Notes: generated from the letters alone by a model not told the origin. 64,000 nt of DNA from an uncultured archaeon (GCA_964427715.1 CAYRUV010000003.1:9837-73836); one strand, 5' to 3'; positions 33,845 through 42,440 are shown, counted from the first letter of the stretch. A program made the numbers and translations.

Positions 33845-34216
33845 TTATACACACTTTCCTAGGCTACAAGTCTTGTTGAGATCGCTACACTTGAATTTGA
33901 TTGCGTAGGAGTTCAAGGGATTCATCGCACCATTCACAAATCCGTTTCCACCGCACATGTATTCGACTAACGTGTTGGAGTCCAAACAATAGTCCGTATA
34001 GGAGATGGTTCCATTACGATCCGCATAGGTTGCATTCATGTCGCTGGCTACCAAGGGGTTGAATCCACCATCAGGTTCTGCACATGAAGTTGTTTGGTTA
34101 ATGTCTTCAGCAATCTTTACTCCGACAAAAGTTTTATTGCCGTCAAAAATAACCACGTTTACTCCGGGATTGACTCGGTCCAAATTCGCGATGACGAAAG
34201 GGGAGGCCAAGGTCAC
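33845..34216 (-). CDS. Cys-rich domain protein, paralogue of 13205-13624, without a signal peptide (possibly 5'-truncated)
   Basis: SCAEPDGGFNP...YTDYCLDSNTLVEYMCGG...KCSDLNKTCSLGKCV shares Cys spacing with the paralogue. GTG start with a stop 13 codons upstream; no hydrophobic N-terminus. Confidence 0.45.
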   Translation of the reverse strand: MTLASPFVIANLDRVNPGVNVVIFDGNKTFVGVKIAEDINQTTSCAEPDGGFNPLVASDMNATYADRNGTISYTDYCLDSNTLVEYMCGGNGFVNGAMNPLNSYAIKFKCSDLNKTCSLGKCV

Positions 34217-34669
34217 TAAAGAAACGCGGCTTGGAATTCGGTTGCGGGCGGGTAGTCAAATATTGCGTGTTCGCCTTCGATATGGGGATCTACCAGAATC
34301 CGCTTCGGTTAGGACTGCCACAGGTCGGATGATGATAGAGGCGCTGCACAACGTCTGTCGCCCCGGATTTATTCGCATGTGTATTAGAAAAGGCATCACG
34401 GCCATCATAGGGGTATCTCGCAACAAGGCTCTTCTTCGAGCGGTAAATCGAACCATTCCCTGTCAGATATTCGTGGATCCGCAAGACCCCGAGGTGATTG
34501 AACTATTTCGAGCGGACCAAATGAGAGGGGAACCGAATCCGCGCATTCCGGCGAAATATCATCAGACTCCTTTCCAGTTGATTGTGCTCCAGCCCGATAA
34601 ACTTTGGGTGTTCCACAGGATGAACAGTCGCGAGCGCGCGAATTATATCCAAATGGTCAATGCGGAAAA

Positions 34670-35137
34670 TCAGCTTTGAACATGCACTTTTTGCATGATG
34701 ACGGGTTGCAAGGGAGCATCCTGCGCACCGGTGGGAAGCTTTCCGATCTTCTGTACGACGTCCATTCCGGAGATAACTTTTCCGAAGATCGCGTGCTTTC
34801 CATCCAACCAGGGTGTGGGTACCAGGGTCACGAAGAACTGGCTTCCTCCCGTGTTGGGTCCGGCGTTGGCCATGGATAACAGTCCAGGGGTTGAATGTTT
34901 GAGTCCGGGGGCAAACTCATCTCGGATGTGATACCCGGGTCCGCCGGTTCCATTTCCTTTGGGACAACCGCCCTGAATCATGAAGTCGGCAATGATGCGG
35001 TGGAATTTCAACCCATTGTAGAATCCCTTATTGGTTAAATCGAGGAAGTTTTTGGCAGTGAGAGGAGCTTTATCCTCAAAGAGTTCCGCTTTGAACGTTC
35101 CGTGGTTGGTTTCGAATACGATGATGGGATTGGACAT
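34670..35137 (-). CDS. Peptidyl-prolyl cis-trans isomerase, cyclophilin type
   Basis: [17 protein letters not shown]...[15 protein letters not shown]...[17 protein letters not shown]...[11 protein letters not shown]. Confidence 0.92.
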   Translation of the reverse strand: MSNPIIVFETNHGTFKAELFEDKAPLTAKNFLDLTNKGFYNGLKFHRIIADFMIQGGCPKGNGTGGPGYHIRDEFAPGLKHSTPGLLSMANAGPNTGGSQFFVTLVPTPWLDGKHAIFGKVISGMDVVQKIGKLPTGAQDAPLQPVIMQKVHVQS

Positions 35138-35250
35138 AGGTGGTTTCCTCCGATAGGGGCTCATGCAGGAGGAGTCGAAACCCATTAATTAGGGATGGGC
35201 GGTCTCCCTCGGGATGGTTTATATGGGATTCCTCATTCGAGAATAATTCC

Positions 35251-36417
35251 ATGTCCATGCGCCAAATTGTTTCCATTCCGGGCATTCGCCCCCTGCTCTT
35301 TACGATGTTCCTCTCCTCCATGGGGTTTGGAATCATTCTTCCTTTGCTTCCCTTCTATGCTCTTTCCTTAGGGGCGCAGCCCTTCGAGTTGGGGATTTTA
35401 ACGGCGACGTTTGCCTTGATGTCCTTGCTTTTTTCTCCTTTCTTTGGTCGTTTGGGTGATCGGGTTGGTCGGACGAAAGTGTTGTTGATTGGGACCTTTG
35501 GTTTCATGATCTCCTATTTGGTGTTCGCCTTCGCGGATTCGTTCCTCATGGCCTTAGTTGCGCGTGCGTTGGAGGGGTTTTTCGCGGCGGCGATTTTCCC
35601 GGCGGTCATTTCTCTCTTGTCGGATTTCACCTCCCATGAGCAGCGGGGTCCAGCGATGGGATTGATGATGATGACGTTCTCCGTGGGATTCATCTTCGGT
35701 CCCGCATTGGGAGGGTTTGCTTCCGCGGTTTCCGTGCGAGATGCGTTTTTGGTGGCGGCGGGTTTTTCCTTGTTGAATTTCCTCTGGATTTTTTTGCGTC
35801 TGAAAGAACCGAAAGAGAAGGAGGAGAGCAAGCACTTGCCCGAGAAGGAAGCCTCGCTCCTTTCGCACCTCTCCACTCCCTTGGCGTTCCTCTTCCTCTC
35901 AAGCACGATTGTGATGTTTCTCATCGGGGGATTTGAGGCGACCATGGCCCTTTTCTTGAGTGAGAAGCTCTCCTTTACCTCAGTAGAAATGGGACTCGTG
36001 TTCACGTTCGTGGGGGCATTGATGATGATTCTTCAACCCATTTCCGGGAACCTCATCAATCGGTTTGGGGAGTTGCGCATGATTCAGGCAGGGTTGTTGT
36101 TTTCCACGGCCGGATTTTTCCTCATCCTTTTCGCAGTGGATTGGCTCACGTTGTTGATTCCCCTTGGTTTTTTTGTGATTGGGAACTCATGCGTCTTTCC
36201 TTCCGTGACATCCTTGCTCACGAAGCGAGTGGCGGGGAAGCAGGGCGCGGTGATTGGGTTGAATCAATCCTTCTCTTCCGCGGGGCAGATTATTGGTCCT
36301 TTGTTCGGGGGATTCCTATATGGAATAGACCATTCCTTCTCGTTCATTGGAATGGCAGTGGTCACGATGACCTACTTTCTCGTTTTCACGTTCGTGGCCA
36401 AGAAAAAATTGGGGTGA
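35251..36417 (+). CDS. MFS transporter
   Basis: 12 TM helices. GRLGDRVGRTKVLL (MFS motif A) after TM2. Start at MSMRQIV. Confidence 0.85.
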   Translation: MSMRQIVSIPGIRPLLFTMFLSSMGFGIILPLLPFYALSLGAQPFELGILTATFALMSLLFSPFFGRLGDRVGRTKVLLIGTFGFMISYLVFAFADSFLMALVARALEGFFAAAIFPAVISLLSDFTSHEQRGPAMGLMMMTFSVGFIFGPALGGFASAVSVRDAFLVAAGFSLLNFLWIFLRLKEPKEKEESKHLPEKEASLLSHLSTPLAFLFLSSTIVMFLIGGFEATMALFLSEKLSFTSVEMGLVFTFVGALMMILQPISGNLINRFGELRMIQAGLLFSTAGFFLILFAVDWLTLLIPLGFFVIGNSCVFPSVTSLLTKRVAGKQGAVIGLNQSFSSAGQIIGPLFGGFLYGIDHSFSFIGMAVVTMTYFLVFTFVAKKKLG

Positions 36418-36521
36418 TTAGAATTCCAATCGCGGGATTTATTTTACGCCCAACAAATGGTTATATACAAGCATTTACCCGCACAGAGTGAGTTAAATAG
36501 GGTATCCGGCAGAAAGGGAGT

Positions 36522-39443
36522 ATGCACGGCCCTCCTATTCTTTACGCGGGACTCATCGTTTTTTTTGTGGCACTTTTGGGGTCAACCGCCCTTGCGGCCG
36601 GTCCATGCGACGACCAGAACGTTCCCACGTGCGGTGCCTGCACGAGTGGGGGGTGTGTGGGGCCTGGCGGCTTTGCGTACCCGTATTGCCGGGTCATTGG
36701 TTCCGACTTTATTGGAAATCTTACGCACTTGGAGACGGTATTTTTTTGCTCGGATTTTGCCAGTGTGAATTGTGGTTTTCAAGGCATGCAGGGTCTTTTC
36801 AAATCGGATGGGACGAAAAATGGCATCACCATCAAGAATTGTAATATTCGTCAGAATTGGTCCAGCATTCAGACAATCCAGGTAAACGGAGCCAACACCA
36901 AGTTGCTTTCTAATAATTTCATTGACGATGGCACGAATCTTTTCGATACCGTCATGAATGCTAATCAGGGATTGGTGGTTTCCGGGAATCATTTTTCCCT
37001 TCTTTCTCGCTTAACCACCTCGTCAAACAATGTGACTTTTTCGGGAAACACGCGTCCCAATGACCCTATTCTGAATCCCCCATTCTTATTCACGGGAAGC
37101 AATAATGTGATATCCGAAAATAGTGGTTCGTATCGTTTTGAGATTAAGGGCACGGCCTCCAATCCGTCGCTCAACAACACGTTCAGCGGGAATGATTTCA
37201 ATCAGGCGACCGTGCTTTTTTCATATTCCTCTGGAAATCAAATAACCGACAATACCTTTGCGTCTCCATGGTCAGAGAATGCGTTGACGATGAATAACTC
37301 ATCCAATAACACGGTGACCAACAACATCTTTGTTGGACCTTACCCGTTTTCAAAGTTCGACACCACCTCCACCGACATTGGGTTCAATACGTTTGTGGGC
37401 GGGGGGATGATGGTGGATGGATCCTTCAACACGATTCATGATAATGTGATTTCCAATAAGGGGAATTCCTCCGTGATGCTTGGTTCGAGTTCCAATAATA
37501 ACACGTTGACCAAAAATGTGATTTGCACAGCCGCAGGGTACGTGGGGGGAGTGGGCATTTCCAATAGTGGTGTTAGCAACACGGGCAGCAATAACAAGTG
37601 TGAAATTACCACGAATTGGAGTGATTCCGGAATGACTAACGGGTGCGCATTTTCTTGCTTTACGCCCGTGGTGTTAGTGCATGGGTATTATGGTGACCCC
37701 GTCGGAACATGGACCACCACGAAGAATTTTTTGCAGAGTAAGGGGTTCAAGGTGTATGCAGTGGATTTGGATCCGGGTATTCCTCCAGCCAACGGGAACA
37801 TCAAAGGGTATGCGAACGTGCTCAAGGCATTCATTGATGATGTGAAAGAGGCCGAGGGCGTGAATAAAGTGGACATTGTTGCGCACTCCATGGGGGGACT
37901 GGTTTCCCGATGGTATATTCAAGGGAAAGACTATGGAGGGGACGTGCGTACCCTCATCATGGAGGGAACGCCTAATCATGGAACCCCATTGGGAAACGTT
38001 CCATTTCTTCTCCCGATGATTTATCCCGTCAGTTTTTTTGGGGTCGGAACAGCCGGATACCAAATGCTGCCCCATTCCTGGGTGATAAATGAATTGAACA
38101 CGGGGGATCCCCTCTATTATTCGGATTTTTTCCCGGATGTTATTTCTCCGACCGTGAAATATTATACGATTACAGGTACGCAGGGATTCACCACCTTCCC
38201 TCAGAGCCTATCCTCATTATTTCTTCCCGGTTCCGATGATGGGGTGGTTCCGGCAGGCAGTGTTCCTCTTTCAGGGGTGCCTAATTTTACCTATTCATTA
38301 AACCACACTAATTTGCATGAGAACACGGCTGTTTTGAACAAGGTATACGATCTTCTCATCTCCAGCAACTCTCCAGCCGGACTGCCATCCGAGGCAGCAG
38401 GATCTTTCTCGGTGCTCGATTCATTTACTACTTCTCTCAATTCCGGTCAAACCTTCACGGACACCATGGTGGTGGACCAGATCACCCCCCACATGGTCGT
38501 CCCGCTTTTTCCGCCTGACACCGTTTCGGATTTCAACTTGGTTTCCCCTACTGGAAAAGTATATACCCCCACCAGCTTGGATGCCAATACCACCATCGAG
38601 CAAAATGCGGCCACTGGAATCAAGGCATATAGCGTAAAGACGCCCGTGAAGGGAGTCTGGTCCGTGAAAATCAAGGCTAGTCCCACCAGCGGAGCCATAC
38701 AAGCGTCCGTTTGGACCTTGACGCAGAACGTGCTTACTCTAAAATTGGCTCATTTTACCACCATTGGTCCCAATCAGCCATTGGTGCTTACGGCTAAGAT
38801 TACCAATGGGGTTCCCGTCGTCACGGGTGCAACCGTGGTGGCTACATTTACCTCTCCTGCCAGTTCTGTGTCTAGCATCCCATTGTTGGATGACGGTACC
38901 CACAATGACGGGTCTGCCAATGATGGAACATACGGGGGGACGTTCACGAATACGAGCGGGGTGGGAGCATACTCCATTCAGGTAGATGCCAATGGCACAG
39001 CGAATGGGGGATTCCAACGCGTCGCGCATTCAGTGTTTGAGGTGGGGGATTCTATAGATGTGGAGATCGTTTCGGCGAAGACGAAGTCTCCCGTCCTATT
39101 GAACAGTCCAACCGTCCTCACGGCTCAAATTCGCAATAATGGAAACGTTCCCGCGACGAATATAATGATCAAGGCTAAGGAAGGAAAAATTGGGGAGGAT
39201 GTGAATGCGATTGGCGAAACAACCGTGACGGTATCCCCTAACCAAACCGTCCCGGTGACATTCAACTGGACGCCCCACGCGGCGATTGATTACAATGTGA
39301 GCGTGTTTGTCAGTAGTTTCAACGATAGCATCGACTTCAATAGTAGCAATAATTCGATTACGATTGGGGTGAAGGTCATCAACTGCACCAAGCCATTAGG
39401 CACGGGCGGAATCGTGGTTGGAAAGTGCATCGTGAACAAATAA
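36522..39443 (+). CDS. 973-aa secreted multidomain protein: Cys-rich N-terminus, right-handed beta-helix repeats, alpha/beta-hydrolase (lipase/esterase) domain, Ig-like/CARDB-type C-terminal domains
   Basis: Signal peptide. NN-x-(I/V/F)-x-x-N repeats (ITIKNCNI, NNVISEN, NNTVTNNIF...). PVVLVHGYYGD ... VDIVAHSMGGLVSRW (GxSxG, Ser codon at 37887-37889). DDGTHNDGSANDGTYGG. CARDB-like region from VEIVSAK (39060). Confidence 0.75.
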   Translation: MHGPPILYAGLIVFFVALLGSTALAAGPCDDQNVPTCGACTSGGCVGPGGFAYPYCRVIGSDFIGNLTHLETVFFCSDFASVNCGFQGMQGLFKSDGTKNGITIKNCNIRQNWSSIQTIQVNGANTKLLSNNFIDDGTNLFDTVMNANQGLVVSGNHFSLLSRLTTSSNNVTFSGNTRPNDPILNPPFLFTGSNNVISENSGSYRFEIKGTASNPSLNNTFSGNDFNQATVLFSYSSGNQITDNTFASPWSENALTMNNSSNNTVTNNIFVGPYPFSKFDTTSTDIGFNTFVGGGMMVDGSFNTIHDNVISNKGNSSVMLGSSSNNNTLTKNVICTAAGYVGGVGISNSGVSNTGSNNKCEITTNWSDSGMTNGCAFSCFTPVVLVHGYYGDPVGTWTTTKNFLQSKGFKVYAVDLDPGIPPANGNIKGYANVLKAFIDDVKEAEGVNKVDIVAHSMGGLVSRWYIQGKDYGGDVRTLIMEGTPNHGTPLGNVPFLLPMIYPVSFFGVGTAGYQMLPHSWVINELNTGDPLYYSDFFPDVISPTVKYYTITGTQGFTTFPQSLSSLFLPGSDDGVVPAGSVPLSGVPNFTYSLNHTNLHENTAVLNKVYDLLISSNSPAGLPSEAAGSFSVLDSFTTSLNSGQTFTDTMVVDQITPHMVVPLFPPDTVSDFNLVSPTGKVYTPTSLDANTTIEQNAATGIKAYSVKTPVKGVWSVKIKASPTSGAIQASVWTLTQNVLTLKLAHFTTIGPNQPLVLTAKITNGVPVVTGATVVATFTSPASSVSSIPLLDDGTHNDGSANDGTYGGTFTNTSGVGAYSIQVDANGTANGGFQRVAHSVFEVGDSIDVEIVSAKTKSPVLLNSPTVLTAQIRNNGNVPATNIMIKAKEGKIGEDVNAIGETTVTVSPNQTVPVTFNWTPHAAIDYNVSVFVSSFNDSIDFNSSNNSITIGVKVINCTKPLGTGGIVVGKCIVNK

Positions 39444-39456
39444 TAACTCAATGATA

Positions 39457-39529
39457 TGCCTCGGGGGTGATTTGAACACCCGACCTCCGGGTTATGAATC
39501 CGGCGCTCTAGCCACTGAGCTACCAAGGC
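39457..39529 (-). tRNA. tRNA with anticodon CAT (elongator Met or Ile2; not resolvable by eye)
   Basis: Acceptor GCCTTGG/CCGAGGC (G1-C72, so not an archaeal initiator), D arm GCTC-AGTGGCTA-GAGC, anticodon loop TTCATAA, T arm GGGTG-TTCAAAT-CACCC. There is a 31-39 A/C mismatch. Confidence 0.8.
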
Positions 39530-39588
39530 GGCTAAAGGAAAAACGGCTAAAGAAGGCTTATAAAAAGCGGTTTTGGGGGAGCCCAAAT

Positions 39589-40287
39589 CTACTTGTCGAA
39601 GTCCATGCGGGATTTGACCTTGATTTCCTGGTTCCCCACCAACAACAGCCGGTCGGCGCTCCCAATGAAGAGGCCGGTTTCCAATACCCCGGGGATGAGC
39701 CTCGCTTGGGAGTCAATCTCCTCGGGCAATAGTTGGGTGTCAATCTCAGCCTCTACCAGGTAGTGTCCGGATTCCGTCTTGGGGGGTTCTTTTTCGTATT
39801 GCGTGTGGTTGACTTTTCCTATCTGTTCCAGCAACAGGAGGGTTCTCTTCCACCCGAAGGAGGATATTTCAAAGGGGACCATTCCGCTCAATTTTTCCAC
39901 ATAGTCTTTTTCAGGGATGATTACGATGAGTTCCCCCGCGGATTGGGCAATCATCTTATCCCGGATGAGGGAGGTTGAATAGCGCTTGAGGAAGTTGAAG
40001 TCATGGTCTCCCTGCGTGGCGAACTCCACGGCCACATCCACCTCCCTCTCGTTGAGCGTGGTTAATGGGAGGTGAAATTCCTTGGCGGTTTGTATTTGGC
40101 TGGTGGACGTGGGAATCAAGGAGACCTCCCACTGGTTCTGCTCGGCCCACAATCCCACCTTCTTGAGGAATAATTCTCCCAGTTGGTTGGTTCCGACTGC
40201 CAATACTTGTCCGTCTTTCACGTATCGAGTGACAAATGCGTCGACTTGGTCCTCATTGAGCATGTTCAACCCATCCCTTCGGGGCAT
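39589..40287 (-). CDS. Ribose-5-phosphate isomerase A-like protein with divergent active-site motifs
   Basis: RpiA architecture: VKDGQVLAVGT..., IPTS, VDVAVEF..., FLKRYSTSLIRDKMIA, GMVPFEISSFGW, IPGVLETGLF. The canonical GTGST, DGADE and KGGGG motifs are not conserved. Confidence 0.5.
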   Translation of the reverse strand: MPRRDGLNMLNEDQVDAFVTRYVKDGQVLAVGTNQLGELFLKKVGLWAEQNQWEVSLIPTSTSQIQTAKEFHLPLTTLNEREVDVAVEFATQGDHDFNFLKRYSTSLIRDKMIAQSAGELIVIIPEKDYVEKLSGMVPFEISSFGWKRTLLLLEQIGKVNHTQYEKEPPKTESGHYLVEAEIDTQLLPEEIDSQARLIPGVLETGLFIGSADRLLLVGNQEIKVKSRMDFDK

Positions 40288-40576
40288 TTAAGGATATTCA
40301 GGCGAAAACAAGGAAATACGATAGAAAGAAGGAAAGGGCCAGGGGTTGGAAGGTCCTGGCCGGCACGAAATTGGGAATTCGATTGGGCTTATCCCTTACT
40401 CGATGATTATCGAGAAGATCGGGATGAGCGGCGTCGGGTAGCGCTGGAGCGGCTCGTCGAACTTGATGAGCGGCTGGATGCAGCGCGAGAGCGCATGGCC
40501 ATTTTCGTTTTCCTCCGTTTTTAGGTTGATTATACTGGTTTTTCGGACCGGTTTCCCGGTCGACTATGGACGAATA

Positions 40577-40648
40577 TTAGCGCTTCTTGGCTTTCTTCTT
40601 CGTCGTCTTAGTGGCTTTCTTCTTTACGGCTTTTCGTTTAGCTACCAT
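40577..40648 (-). CDS. 23-aa Lys-rich micro-ORF (MVAKRKAVKKKATKTTKKKAKKR)
   Basis: GGGTGA Shine-Dalgarno-like site 9 nt upstream. AT-rich TTTTACATAAATTTT box further upstream. Not in the track (under 60 aa). Confidence 0.3.
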   Translation of the reverse strand: MVAKRKAVKKKATKTTKKKAKKR

Positions 40649-40889
40649 TTTTTTCTTCACCCTTTTGTGTGTCGAAAATTTATGTAAAATTTTCGCATTC
40701 GGATTGATGCGTTGTGCTATTTAAGGGTGTGCCCTAAAATGAGTGTTTTGTTTCTCCAAAAAAATAATTTTGGATGACTGGAAAAAAATTCTGCGCAGAA
40801 AAAAATCAGAAATATAGTGTTGAAAGTTCCACGATGGACGAAGAAATTTTCATAAAAAAACCAGTTATGGGTACGAAAAACGCCGGGCA

Positions 40890-40897
40890 TTTTATAG
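40890..40897 (+). promoter_or_regulatory. TATA box TTTTATAG centred 26 nt upstream of ATG 40920
   Basis: Leaderless-promoter geometry, identical to that of the paralogue at 41736. Confidence 0.5.
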
Positions 40898-40919
40898 AAG
40901 GGACCATTTCCTCCTCTTT

Positions 40920-41597
40920 ATGGCTCGCTCGCTCGTTATTCCAATTCCGTCGGGGGGACAAGGTTTCATTGTAGTTGAGAAGGATGGAACCAAAACCAGT
41001 GTCTGGGAAGGATACACTGGCATGATGATCCGTCAACGTCGTCCAGATGGACAAACGGGCACGTTTTCCACGTATGAAGACTATGGCCTGGCCCTCTTTC
41101 CCCATCTTCTCCGTTTCCTGTACTCGATGAATGGCCGTGCTCCCCCTGTCCCGCGTTCTTCAAAAATGGGAAATGATACATTCGTTTCCACCGCGAAGAC
41201 CATGCTTGTCCATACTCTTCATATCTCGTATCCTTTCTCGTACGCGGATCCTGGTTTTTTAGGAGAACGAGTAAATTCCATTCGTGCCGTCAATCACCCC
41301 CTCACCAACGAATCGGGTTTGTTGGTGGCAGAGGGGCCCACTCACCCCGTATTCCTGTCTCCCTTTCTCATGCGTGCATTGGTTCGAGAGTTGCCTAAGA
41401 TGTATCCCCACATCCACTCGTACCGTATCATGGCCTACCACGCCATGCTCGCTTCTCGAAAAAGAGGGATTCGAAAGCCTGTTTTTGAAAAAGGAGTTCC
41501 TTTCGAGGCCAAGCGGCCAATTAAACTTCCTGTGCGTGCACGCAAGGGGTTCGAAAGGATAGTGGAGCGATACCATCGCATCAAGCGCCGAAAATAG
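40920..41597 (+). CDS. Hypothetical protein, tandem paralogue 1 (basic C-terminal tail)
   Basis: Shares GG-x-GF, GT-x-T, QRRP, STY-x-D-x-G, LL(R/K)FLY, P-x-PPR and P(K/E)MY blocks with 41736-42428. Tail KRPIKLPVRARKGFERIVERYHRIKRRK. Confidence 0.55.
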   Translation: MARSLVIPIPSGGQGFIVVEKDGTKTSVWEGYTGMMIRQRRPDGQTGTFSTYEDYGLALFPHLLRFLYSMNGRAPPVPRSSKMGNDTFVSTAKTMLVHTLHISYPFSYADPGFLGERVNSIRAVNHPLTNESGLLVAEGPTHPVFLSPFLMRALVRELPKMYPHIHSYRIMAYHAMLASRKRGIRKPVFEKGVPFEAKRPIKLPVRARKGFERIVERYHRIKRRK

Positions 41598-41607
41598 AAA
41601 TTCTATA

Positions 41608-41680
41608 AGCCTCTGGCGAGAGTTGAACTCGCGACCTCCACATTACCAATGTGGCGCTCTAACCACTGAGCTACAGAGGC
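41608..41680 (-). tRNA. tRNA-Thr (anticodon GGT)
   Basis: Acceptor GCCTCTG/CAGAGGC, D arm GCTC-AGTGGTTA-GAGC, anticodon stem CCACA/TGTGG with loop TTGGTAA, T arm GCGAG-TTCAACT-CTCGC. Confidence 0.9.
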
Positions 41681-41705
41681 GTCTTAGAGATTTTGTGGGG
41701 GGACG

Positions 41706-41714
41706 TTTTATAAG
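41706..41714. promoter_or_regulatory. Near-palindromic TATA box TTTTATAAG, positioned to serve both tRNA-Thr(GGT) (minus, about 31 nt) and ATG 41736 (plus, 26 nt)
   Basis: Distances measured from the sequence. It reads CTTATAAAA on the minus strand. Confidence 0.45.
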
Positions 41715-41735
41715 CGGCATAGCCTGTTGGGGGGT

Positions 41736-42428
41736 ATGCGCGTAGGCCAGCATGGAAAATCAGGCGTCCATGGAGGAGGGGGATTCTCTTTCCGCGAATC
41801 GAATGGAACAGTGACCAAGCTGTACATGATTCAAGGATTGGATATGGTGATCGAGCAGCGGCGTCCGGGTCAGAAACCCGTATATGTTTCCACGTACAGT
41901 GACCCAGGAAGCCAACCCTATGCCTTATTGCTCAAGTTCTTGTACATGAATAAAATTCCATTTCCCACTCCTCCGCGTGAGCGATCGGAAAGAGAACACG
42001 GAGGAATGCTTCCTTTTGAACATTCGGCGAGTTTTGCAGCCGTTGAAGCCGTTCTGAGTCCGTTTCCAATGGGCATTCCGGGTCGTCTAGAGGAAACCGT
42101 CCAAGTGCGAGTGGTTAAGGACAAGGTGCCTTTCCTCGAGTTTGAAACCAAGGAAGGAAAAATGAGAGTGCCATTGGCATTGGCTCAAGGACTAGCGCGA
42201 CACATCCCCGAAATGTATAAAGGTCTCCCCACCTCCTTTCGCAGGATTCAAACCGAAATATTCAGGCTCATCCGAAAGGAAGGGTTTGAACCTTACAAGA
42301 AATCCGTGATTGAGCAGCGGAAACCCGTGCCAAAACCGATTCGATATAAGCAGCTCGAGTTTCCATTCATGAAAGGAAAGAAAAAAGCCGCTCCAAAAAG
42401 CCCCCCAGGTCGACGGAAAAGACGCTAG
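41736..42428 (+). CDS. Hypothetical protein, tandem paralogue 2 (basic C-terminal tail)
   Basis: See 40920-41597. Tail KGKKKAAPKSPPGRRKRR. ATG 41736 is preferred over TTG 41727 because of TATA spacing. Confidence 0.55.
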   Translation: MRVGQHGKSGVHGGGGFSFRESNGTVTKLYMIQGLDMVIEQRRPGQKPVYVSTYSDPGSQPYALLLKFLYMNKIPFPTPPRERSEREHGGMLPFEHSASFAAVEAVLSPFPMGIPGRLEETVQVRVVKDKVPFLEFETKEGKMRVPLALAQGLARHIPEMYKGLPTSFRRIQTEIFRLIRKEGFEPYKKSVIEQRKPVPKPIRYKQLEFPFMKGKKKAAPKSPPGRRKRR

Positions 42429-42440
42429 GAGCAGAATGAG

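Noticed and set aside
35514-36005. 163-aa minus-strand ORF, plus nested 104-aa and 70-aa ORFs.
   Set aside because: All are antisense to the MFS transporter gene, whose 12-TM pattern and motif A are clear.
39457-39529. Calling the CAT-anticodon tRNA the initiator tRNA-Met.
   Set aside because: It has G1-C72 rather than the archaeal initiator A1-U72, and only two of the three G-C pairs at the base of the anticodon stem. Elongator Met versus Ile2 cannot be decided by eye.
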